DNA of 51,810 bases from an uncultured bacterium. GTDB lineage: Bacteria > Chloroflexota > Dehalococcoidia > UBA2979. The position numbers were made by a program, and so were the translations under genes. Location: the NCBI GenBank assembly GCA_964011795.1, contig CAXGQC010000001.1, positions 1-51,810 of the forward strand, in the 5' to 3' direction. The notes beneath the pieces were generated by a model. That model worked only from the letters and a program-made list of their open reading frames with translations, had not been told where the DNA came from and did no database searches. Of this stretch, positions 1 to 7,250 are shown piece after piece (the first letter of the stretch is position 1; each line of letters begins with the position of its first letter).

Positions 1-809
1 ATCGACCGGACGCACTCAATGCTATTTCTCAGGATCTCGAGCACGAATTTCATCACGCACTCGACATCGCTGCAGAAGACGAAGCAATCCGTTCCATCAT
101 CATTACTGGTAGCGGGCGCGCGTTCTCAGCGGGCTATGACATCTCAGGAGACAACAGCAAACGGCCTCGTCTCCCAACTAGCGCTCATCTAAAGCGTCAA
201 TGGGGTTCATCAATGCTCGGTACGGGCGGACCTGCCCACATCATGCATCTAATGGAGCATCCAAAACCCATCATCGCTGCCGTCAATGGCTGGTGTATTG
301 GAGGAGGCTTCTGGTACTCACTTGCTTGTGACATCACCATTGCCTCGGATCAGGCGACTTTCGGTCAGCCGGAGATTCGAATGACATCAAATACAACTGC
401 TTTGTTCGCACTGCTCTGTGGATGGAAAAATGCGCATCGATATGCGCTGACAGGGGACCATTTCGACGCGCAAGAAGCACTGCGTATGGGAGCGATCAAT
501 GAAGTGGTCCCACATGATCAATTATTACAAACAGCTCAAACACTGGCATTACGACTTGCAAAAGTACCGCCTGAATCGGTGCGACTCAACAAGGCGATTA
601 CCACCTACGGACTCGATGCGATGGGCCTGCGCTCTGCTCTAAATATGAATGGCGTGCTCTCAACACTCGTTGAGGCTGCAAACGACGGTCCGGATGTTGA
701 ACACCTTGATCGCGCACAGGCCGAAGGTGGCTTTGGTGCATTTCTTAAGGCACGGGATGAACCATTCCTGCCAGAGCCGTTCGGACCACGGAGCAAGCCC
801 CGTGATTGA
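1..809 (+). CDS. enoyl-CoA hydratase/isomerase (crotonase fold), 5'-truncated by window edge
   Basis: Frame 3 is open from nt 3. It translates as ...IIITGSGRAFSAGYDI...PIIAAVNGWCIGGGF...GQPEIRM, typical crotonase oxyanion-hole segments. The M at 213 is internal. Confidence 0.85.
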   Translation, partial: RPDALNAISQDLEHEFHHALDIAAEDEAIRSIIITGSGRAFSAGYDISGDNSKRPRLPTSAHLKRQWGSSMLGTGGPAHIMHLMEHPKPIIAAVNGWCIGGGFWYSLACDITIASDQATFGQPEIRMTSNTTALFALLCGWKNAHRYALTGDHFDAQEALRMGAINEVVPHDQLLQTAQTLALRLAKVPPESVRLNKAITTYGLDAMGLRSALNMNGVLSTLVEAANDGPDVEHLDRAQAEGGFGAFLKARDEPFLPEPFGPRSKPRD

Positions 810-1063
810 ATACATCGATTCTCATAAGGCCATCTCGTTCTAAGATATGCCTGACTCGTTACAGGGTGACTATGGTTGGTCCTCAGTAACGGGTCGCTTA
901 ACATGAATTGATCCGTACTGGACGATCTTTGCCGAGTTCACCAGTGCGGATCACTTTTTTACCTGATTTTTTTGGGTGATCGCTCCCAATCCATCCCAAC
1001 TCTTTCAGCTTGGAAGAAATAATACTTGAGTGACTGTGCTTAATGTATCCAAATGCTTCCAAC

Positions 1064-1192
1064 CTAGATGGCGGGATTCTCGTCGATTATTTGCAGTATT
1101 TCAAGGAGCTCAAGAAAACCGACTAGTCCAACAAATAGCATCACTCCTGCTAATACAAATGTGACAAATACAAACATGACTGTTCGGAACAT
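1064..1192 (-). CDS. mini-ORF, 42 aa, N-terminal single-TM peptide (MFRTVMFVFVTFVLAGVMLFVGLVGFLELLEILQIIDENPAI)
   Basis: Hand-translated and below the ORF-track cutoff. Its ATG overlaps the stop of the upstream mini-ORF (TAATG). It lies downstream of the lipoprotein gene on the same strand. No clear SD. Confidence 0.25.
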   Translation of the reverse strand: MFRTVMFVFVTFVLAGVMLFVGLVGFLELLEILQIIDENPAI

Positions 1193-1338
1193 TAATTCAG
1201 TACCACATACACAATGAGAAGCGAAATAATTAGAACCACAACAGCCCTTACTGGTGAAAACCCAATACCCTTCTCAGTAACTCTCTCAGTAATCCTTTTA
1301 GCTAACTGTGGTGGCAATGGTTCAAAGGGATCTTGCAT
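1192..1338 (-). CDS. mini-ORF, 48 aa, C-terminal single-TM peptide (MQDPFEPLPPQLAKRITERVTEKGIGFSPVRAVVVLIISLLIVYVVLN)
   Basis: Hand-translated. It starts 33 nt after the stop of the 1372..2070 gene, and its stop overlaps the next ATG. No clear SD. Confidence 0.25.
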   Translation of the reverse strand: MQDPFEPLPPQLAKRITERVTEKGIGFSPVRAVVVLIISLLIVYVVLN

Positions 1339-1371
1339 GCCGAAAGTGTAGCTGGTCACTGACCAAACACA

Positions 1372-2070
1372 CTAACGCCGGTTCCCGCCATTTCCCCTCA
1401 TGCCACTTGTGAAGCTGCCCTCCCGGCAATCAGCGATCGCTTTTGCGACATCAGGATCTTCCCTATCAATATCCTGGCCGGCAAACATGGTTCGCTGAGC
1501 GCTTCGAGTGCCTTGTGAAAAATCAGGGTCGACAACCGGTATATTTTGCTCTCTGAGGCAGGCCGCAAAGCTAAGGATTTGGTCCTGCAGTTCAATTTCA
1601 TCTTCGGTCGAACGGGATTGTCCGAAGCTGGCATCAGCCAACAATCCTCGGCACTTCCCAAGGGCCTCCCGTGTCTTCGGATCCTGCCGGTCGAAGTTTG
1701 GATCTTGGTTGAGTGTAGTAAAGAAGCCTCGCAAATCTACCGACCCATCCTGATTGACCTCAGGATCTGTCACACTGAACCCTTCATCTCGAAGACAAGC
1801 AGCAAATTCAGATGTGATATCTTCGTCTGTTTTATTGGAGACTACTTCTGGAATCGCTGTTTGTGTGGGTGCTGGGATGGTAGTACCTGAAACCAGTGCT
1901 TGAGATACTTGCTGGACAGTGGCAACCTTCGTGGGCACCGGTTCAGCGTCTCCAACCCGGGCAACACCATTCCCTGAATCTGAGTGTCCACCACAGGCCA
2001 ACAATACCAGTAGAAAGCCAGCCACAACTAGCATCACTAAATACTGTCTGTGCAGCTGACTAAAATTCAT
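1372..2070 (-). CDS. secreted lipoprotein with two Cys-pair repeats (FAACLR[DE]...DP...C), function unknown
   Basis: Signal peptide plus lipobox (LLVLLACGG). The ATG at 2070 is preceded by GGAG with an 8-nt spacer, which I prefer over the GTG at 2091. There is an internal duplication: FAACLRDEGFSVTDP...GKC and FAACLREQNIPVVDP...ADC. Confidence 0.6.
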   Translation of the reverse strand: MNFSQLHRQYLVMLVVAGFLLVLLACGGHSDSGNGVARVGDAEPVPTKVATVQQVSQALVSGTTIPAPTQTAIPEVVSNKTDEDITSEFAACLRDEGFSVTDPEVNQDGSVDLRGFFTTLNQDPNFDRQDPKTREALGKCRGLLADASFGQSRSTEDEIELQDQILSFAACLREQNIPVVDPDFSQGTRSAQRTMFAGQDIDREDPDVAKAIADCREGSFTSGMRGNGGNRR

Positions 2071-2118
2071 CAGGAATTCTCCAGTACACAAAAAGTTTAA
2101 ATTGTTTTATTAGCCGCC

Positions 2119-2220
2119 TCAAATTCTTGATAGATCTCCTTCATGAAATCTAACGGCGACGGCTAGGATCGCGGCTCCTATGGCAATCTGGGTGACGATC
2201 GATAACTGTTTCTCATCTAA
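2119..2220 (-). pseudogene. start-less remnant of the TM-anchor of the P-family (see 6306, 9796, 14370)
   Basis: Translates as LDEKQLSIVTQIAIGAAILAVAVRFHEGDLSRI*. By hand count, 11 of 19 residues match the P1 anchor QLAIIAQIVTGIATLAVAM, and the nucleotide similarity is codon-aligned. There is no ATG/GTG/TTG in frame after the upstream TGA. Confidence 0.3.
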
Positions 2221-2223
2221 TTT

Positions 2224-2257
2224 TACAAAAAAAGAAGCCGCCCCGTAAGGCGGCCTC
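2224..2257 (-). terminator. rho-independent terminator-like hairpin (minus strand)
   Basis: The minus-strand RNA reads GAGGCCGCC-UUACGG-GGCGGCUUC followed by UUUUUUU. The stem is 9 bp with one G-U pair. Confidence 0.5.
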
Positions 2258-2664
2258 GAATTGACTCATTCAATTATAACACAAATCTAATTGTCTCCGC
2301 TGTGCAGGTATGCAACAGACAGTGACTAATTAGCCCGACAATCAAAATATTCTAAAGGCGTTATAGATCCCATACGCCACTACCGGGATCAGCAGCAATG
2401 AAAATTTCCACATGACAACAGTTCCTTACAAAAAGTTCCTCATCGACTGGTCACCTGCGATTACTCACAGTATCTCACTGAAGTCGCGACGATCCACAAT
2501 GTCTTTTGAACTTTTTTTCCTTTTCAGCAGCTTCTTTCCACGCCTTGAGTTCAGCCTGGGTAGCCGTTTGCCAATAATTAAAGCCCCAGTCATCTTTCTC
2601 TTGATCGGGTCTATTTTCGTTCTCACTCATGCCGAGAGTGTAGCTCTCGCCTAAACTTGGTGGT

Positions 2665-3462
2665 ATGACCCGGTCACTAATTCTTATATTTTGTTCCGTG
2701 TTAATAGTCGTCGGATGCACGACCTCAGCAAATACTTGGAGCAGGTTTATTCATGGGTCGCCCTATGCCGGAACGGTCTGGAATTTTCCAGATGTGATTA
2801 ATTCAGAGGATCCGTCATCGTTTCTAGAAATCACCTACTCTGGGAAAGAATCACGACAAATGTACGACAGAGGGCAAAACGGCTGGATTCAAGATACTCC
2901 ACATCTGTTCATTGCCCAGTACTCAGACAATTTAACCATTGAAGTTCAAGTAAATTCGGAGTTTGAAGATTTGGACATTGCGCGTGAAATAGCGTCTGAT
3001 TATGCATGGCGGGTGGGACAGTTGCCGACGTTATTAAGAAAAGGGGTTAAAACTCTTTGGATTCATAATGGCAAACATCCGTTTGGTGGTGGCAACGAAA
3101 GCATTGACATATATATTGAGCAAGGGAAGGAATATGCGTCGCACAATGTTCTCGAAGAAGTGCTCATACATGAGGGAGCACATGCCTCACTTAACTGGCC
3201 TGGGCCATTACTGGATCACGGAAAGACACCAGGATGGTTACTGGCTCAGCAGTCAGATGAAGGATTTATTTCTCTGTACGCCAAACAGCACCCGCAAAGA
3301 GAAGATATTGCCGAGAGTTTCTTACCTTGGTTTGCATTGCGGTATCGTCTGGACAGGATTTCAGAGTCCGATCAACGCAAAATATTAGAAGCAATTCCTC
3401 ACCGACTTAGATATTTCGACGAACAAGAGTTTGCTATGTATCCGGTCACGGCAAGCAACTAG
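2665..3462 (+). CDS. lipoprotein with HExxH zinc-metallopeptidase-like motif
   Basis: Signal peptide plus lipobox (VLIVVGCTT). The motif VLIHEGAHASL is present. ORF is 265 aa. Confidence 0.65.
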   Translation: MTRSLILIFCSVLIVVGCTTSANTWSRFIHGSPYAGTVWNFPDVINSEDPSSFLEITYSGKESRQMYDRGQNGWIQDTPHLFIAQYSDNLTIEVQVNSEFEDLDIAREIASDYAWRVGQLPTLLRKGVKTLWIHNGKHPFGGGNESIDIYIEQGKEYASHNVLEEVLIHEGAHASLNWPGPLLDHGKTPGWLLAQQSDEGFISLYAKQHPQREDIAESFLPWFALRYRLDRISESDQRKILEAIPHRLRYFDEQEFAMYPVTASN

Positions 3463-3773
3463 TTAGCAGGTGGCCAACTGTCACCTAATCTCACTTTGTC
3501 AGCATCGAGATAATCAGTATCTAAGTCCACATCATAAGTATTGCCATGAGGGGTTCGGATGGTAAATTTTGTATATTCAGATACTTTCCTGAACATCGTT
3601 ACAACTGAGGCACATTCGTTCGCACCCCGGACAGCCAAAACTTGATTTCCATTCCATACTTCGCACTCAGCGATTATTCCGACAACGATATCTTCTTCCG
3701 CAGCTGATGAACTCAAATCGCTGCAACCAACCAGAAGAAATAGAGGAACTAGAAGCATTAATAATTTTTTCAT
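3459..3773 (-). CDS. small lipoprotein, function unknown
   Basis: N-terminus MKKLLMLLVPLFLLVGCSD is a signal peptide with lipobox. 104 aa. Its stop overlaps the stop of the convergent gene (CTAG). Confidence 0.6.
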   Translation of the reverse strand: MKKLLMLLVPLFLLVGCSDLSSSAAEEDIVVGIIAECEVWNGNQVLAVRGANECASVVTMFRKVSEYTKFTIRTPHGNTYDVDLDTDYLDADKVRLGDSWPPAN

Positions 3774-3815
3774 CTATAACGAAACTACATCAATGTTCGC
3801 TAATGGAGTAACCAA

Positions 3816-6215
3816 TCAGTCAGACGGTGGGATTTCTCCAATCACCCCGTCTCGACGAAGTGTCTCCAATGTCTCACTATCCATCCCAAGCTCACCACCA
3901 AGTATCTCGTTGTTATGTTGACCAAGGGTCGGTGCAGTGCGGCGATAGGTCACCGGAGTTAATTCCAGGCGAATGGCATTCCCCGGGTAGCGGCGGAGAC
4001 CTACATCTGGATGAGGCAGCTCAGCCCAGAAGTCCCGCTCGGCGAGCTGTCTATCCTCAACGAGGTCACGTGCGTCGGAGACCACCGCTGCTATTATCCC
4101 TGCTGCCTGTAACCGCGCCATCAAAGAGTGGGGGCTGAAAGAGCGGGTGTAGTTAGCGATAAGAGTATCAAGTTCTTCGTGTCGAGCATGCCGGTCCTCG
4201 CGGGTCAGTGCCGTAAGTTCGGAGTCTAAATCTGCAAGCGTCGCGAGCGCACGCCACTCCTCATTCGAAGTTACTGATATAGCAATCCAGCGGTCATCCC
4301 CGGCACACGGGTACAGCCCTTGAGGCGCGTTGAATGGATCTCGATTACCCATTCGTTCGCGATTTCCCCCCCTGACCTGTGCCCCTAGAAGCTCCTCACC
4401 GACAAACGAACCCATAGCCTCGATCATTGCTATTTCTATCGAACGTCCAGCGTGATTTGGGTCAGCCTCCCTGTCTCTAAGTGCGATTAGCAGAGCCGAA
4501 ACTGAGTTCATTCCAGCAACGGGATCTGGCCACGCAATGCCTGATCGATAGGGGCCGGTGTCGAGATAACCCATCATCGATGACAGTCCAGCACCAGCCT
4601 CGATCAGCGGACCCAGTGCAGTTCGCTCACTATCAGGGCCAGTACTGCCATAACCAGGCATCGCCGCATAGATAATCGACGGGTTGAGTATTTTCAGCTG
4701 CTCGAAATCAAAGCCAAGTTGAGGCATGACGCGAGGGCTGAAATTCTCGATCACTATGTCTGCCTCAGCGACCAATTCTGCAAATAGCCCGCGGCCACGT
4801 TCATCGCGAAAGTTAAGAGTGACCGAGCGACGGTTGCGGTGTAGCTTGTTGAAGCCACCAAAGCGGTTCCATGGTCGCTCGCCAATCTCATTTTCCGGGT
4901 AGAGATGACTGACGAAGGCAGCTGAATCTGGCACGTCCCGAGGTCCTCTGTTGAAAATCGCTTCAATCGAAATCACGTCAGCACCGAGGTCACCAAGCAT
5001 CCGGCCAGCCCACGGCCCTGCCCAAACACGGGTGAGGTCCAGAATGCGTATCCCTTCTAAAGGGCCATCTGCCGGCAGTGCCTCGTGTTTTCCAGCGTGC
5101 ACGTCGCTGAAGTCAGACCAACTGATACTTTCATCAGGTGTCGATGGTGGCCGTGGGTCAGGATCACGGTCACTGATCCAGAAGGGACCACGCGGGATCT
5201 GCAGTGGGGGACTACCATTGATTTCACGCCAATAGTCGCGAAATGAGAGCTGAGGGTCATCCAGGAGCTGGAGCATTGTCGGGACCGGTCCAACCGGCGC
5301 AAAAACACTACGACCGATAGCGATGATTTCCTCGGCTGTATGTTCCATCAGCCATGGAATAAATGCTTCATCAAACTCGTCCTTGTGGGCCCCTCGCGCG
5401 TAGTCATCCTTGAAGCGTGGATCTTCTGCTATTTCGGTCAGACCTGCGAGGGTGAGGAAATCCATAAGCTTCACACCAGAGGCAAGGCTGAGCTGTACAT
5501 ACCCATCACTACATGGATATACCCCTACAGGATGCCATGACCCTGGTTGGCGATTGCCTTCGCGCTTGAGGATGTGGGCGCCGTGTGTCCACATCGTCGT
5601 TGTATGTTGATGGAGCGTCGCCGATCCTTCGAAATGTGAAATCTCGACGATCTGCCCCCGCCCGGTGAGATCTTGCACACGTAGTGCCGCCATCGTCCCT
5701 ATAAAACCATGGGTACCAGCTTGGTAAGCCATGTGCAGGCCAGGCCGTCGAATAGGCTCACGTGAGGGTTCTCCGTTCGGGTAGAGTTGTCCACCAATCG
5801 CCTCATCAGTAAATAAATTCGAACGGTAATTAGAGTAGGGACCAGAACTTCCGAAAGGAGAAATACGAGCACTAACCAGTCGCATATTATTCGCAATATC
5901 AACACGAGAGATCAGTGGTTCTGGGGAAGAACTTTCAATCACTGCATCCGCCTCGACCAACAGTGACATCAACCCCGCATGGTCATTCTGATCAACGAAT
6001 ATCGATTGTTTTGAAGTATTGAGATAAGCCCAGGTGGTACCTACTACGTCACCGTTGGGTAGCGTCCATGGTTCGCCCTCGGTACGCAACGGATCACCAT
6101 CAAGTGGCTCTACCTTGATCACTGTCGCCCCATGATCCGCAAACATTTTGGCCGTGTACGCGCCAGCCGCAGAACCAGCAATTTCAACGATACGTAAGTC
6201 CTCAAACTGTTTCAT
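3816..6215 (-). CDS. two-domain family III (CaiB/BaiF) CoA-transferase fusion, 799 aa
   Basis: Two full family III domains. The N-domain has LRIVEIAGSAAGAYTAKMFADHGATVIKVEP...LNTSKQSI. The C-domain starts about aa 386 with IRILDLTRVWAGPWAGRMLGDLGADVISIE...PWNRFGGFNKLHRNRRSVTLN. Confidence 0.9.
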   Translation of the reverse strand: MKQFEDLRIVEIAGSAAGAYTAKMFADHGATVIKVEPLDGDPLRTEGEPWTLPNGDVVGTTWAYLNTSKQSIFVDQNDHAGLMSLLVEADAVIESSSPEPLISRVDIANNMRLVSARISPFGSSGPYSNYRSNLFTDEAIGGQLYPNGEPSREPIRRPGLHMAYQAGTHGFIGTMAALRVQDLTGRGQIVEISHFEGSATLHQHTTTMWTHGAHILKREGNRQPGSWHPVGVYPCSDGYVQLSLASGVKLMDFLTLAGLTEIAEDPRFKDDYARGAHKDEFDEAFIPWLMEHTAEEIIAIGRSVFAPVGPVPTMLQLLDDPQLSFRDYWREINGSPPLQIPRGPFWISDRDPDPRPPSTPDESISWSDFSDVHAGKHEALPADGPLEGIRILDLTRVWAGPWAGRMLGDLGADVISIEAIFNRGPRDVPDSAAFVSHLYPENEIGERPWNRFGGFNKLHRNRRSVTLNFRDERGRGLFAELVAEADIVIENFSPRVMPQLGFDFEQLKILNPSIIYAAMPGYGSTGPDSERTALGPLIEAGAGLSSMMGYLDTGPYRSGIAWPDPVAGMNSVSALLIALRDREADPNHAGRSIEIAMIEAMGSFVGEELLGAQVRGGNRERMGNRDPFNAPQGLYPCAGDDRWIAISVTSNEEWRALATLADLDSELTALTREDRHARHEELDTLIANYTRSFSPHSLMARLQAAGIIAAVVSDARDLVEDRQLAERDFWAELPHPDVGLRRYPGNAIRLELTPVTYRRTAPTLGQHNNEILGGELGMDSETLETLRRDGVIGEIPPSD

Positions 6216-6305
6216 ACATATCGTCCTTGCCCTTACTGTCAGACCAAGAATACTTGACTAAACCAACATGTGGTCTATGTAATCTCTGGACTAGTCGGTT
6301 ACTTA

Positions 6306-6749
6306 CTAGGGTGATTTGGCAGTGTCAATAAACTGAACAAATGAACCCTCATGGAGATTGGCACCGATCTCGGACCAGAATCTCTCTACACCGGGACCAA
6401 CTCCGAAAATATTTTTCACTCTCCGTTGGATATTTGTATAATCATTGCCATTTTCCCAGTGATCCTTGAATTGAGCGAAATATTGCAGCATATATATGTT
6501 GAATCGATGCTGATCAATTTTGTCGAGTTCGCCCGAATCTTCACAACCTAACAAAAAAATATTGGCGAAGTCTCGATTTGTATACATACTCCGATTCATA
6601 TCATCTACTTGAGTACCAATCGTCAGTCGCAAACTCATCACGGAATCCCTGTGCTGTTGCCAGAGCTGACTCGCCAGGAACATTGCTACGGCCAACGTTG
6701 CAATCCCTGTGACAATCTGAGCGATGATCGCTAACTGTTCCCATTCCAT
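6306..6749 (-). CDS. P-family copy 1: N-terminally TM-anchored protein, unknown function
   Basis: N-terminus MEWEQLAIIAQIVTGIATLAVAMFLASQLWQQHRDS. GAGGA SD upstream. Paralogous to 9796..10308 and 14370..14861. Confidence 0.75.
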   Translation of the reverse strand: MEWEQLAIIAQIVTGIATLAVAMFLASQLWQQHRDSVMSLRLTIGTQVDDMNRSMYTNRDFANIFLLGCEDSGELDKIDQHRFNIYMLQYFAQFKDHWENGNDYTNIQRRVKNIFGVGPGVERFWSEIGANLHEGSFVQFIDTAKSP

Positions 6750-6843
6750 AATCTGTCCTCACTTTCATAAAAGACTACTTGACTACTTATGTTATATATG
6801 ACGAGACAATTCAGGCTTATGAAGGAATGAGAGAGGCAACAAT

Positions 6844-7152
6844 ATGATTTTCCATGTGATAGCTGAACATGACCACAGCACCTGTGGCCGTGTCGAAAAT
6901 GGTGTAGTAACTAAAACTTGGGAAGATGTTGCGCCAAATGCTACGGCTTGGGTAGAAGGCAGTGACGACGCGAACGTCCTGGGTGTCTGGGGCTATCCCG
7001 TCCAACATCGTATTTTTGCAATAGTTGAGGCAGACACATTTGAGGCTGTCGAATCACTATTCGATTTTCATCTCGCTAAGGGACCAGTTGAGGTTTTACC
7101 AGTGAGGGATTTGATTCAGAGCCGAAAAGATCTCGGATTATGGGGCCAATAA
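6844..7152 (+). CDS. S-family copy 1: ~100-aa soluble protein with HVIAEHDHSTC motif, unknown function
   Basis: 102 aa, divergent from P1. Paralogue of 10585..10878, with 45 of 58 identical residues over the C-terminal half by hand count. Confidence 0.75.
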   Translation: MIFHVIAEHDHSTCGRVENGVVTKTWEDVAPNATAWVEGSDDANVLGVWGYPVQHRIFAIVEADTFEAVESLFDFHLAKGPVEVLPVRDLIQSRKDLGLWGQ

Positions 7153-7250
7153 GTAGCCGCCAGAAGCTTTGTGTGATTGCAGATCATCTGACCCTGATAC
7201 GGCTGGGGGACTGAATCGTATACTTAGGACATTCAATAATGTCGTGGGTA

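Noticed and set aside
605-904. 99-aa minus-strand ORF and 64-aa plus-strand ORF overlapping the 3' end of the first crotonase gene
   Set aside because: They overlap a well-supported crotonase frame, have Arg/Ser/Pro-rich composition and no SD.
959-994. Minus-strand ATGGATTGGGAGCGATCAC..., whose first 13 nt mimic the P-family start (MDWE...)
   Set aside because: The ORF is only 11 codons long. After the first 13 nt plus a GATCAC block, the similarity to P2 decays to noise, and no TM-like frame follows. This is probably chance, and much weaker than the 2119..2220 remnant.
2412-2720. Mutually overlapping ORFs 2412..2654 (+) and 2475..2720 (-) upstream of the HExxH lipoprotein gene
   Set aside because: I cannot decide between the strands. 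The minus-frame C-terminal part (MSENENRPDQEKDDWGFNYWQTATQAELKAWKEAAEKEKKFK...) looks protein-like but has no SD, and it would collide with the 2665 start if extended. I left it uncalled.
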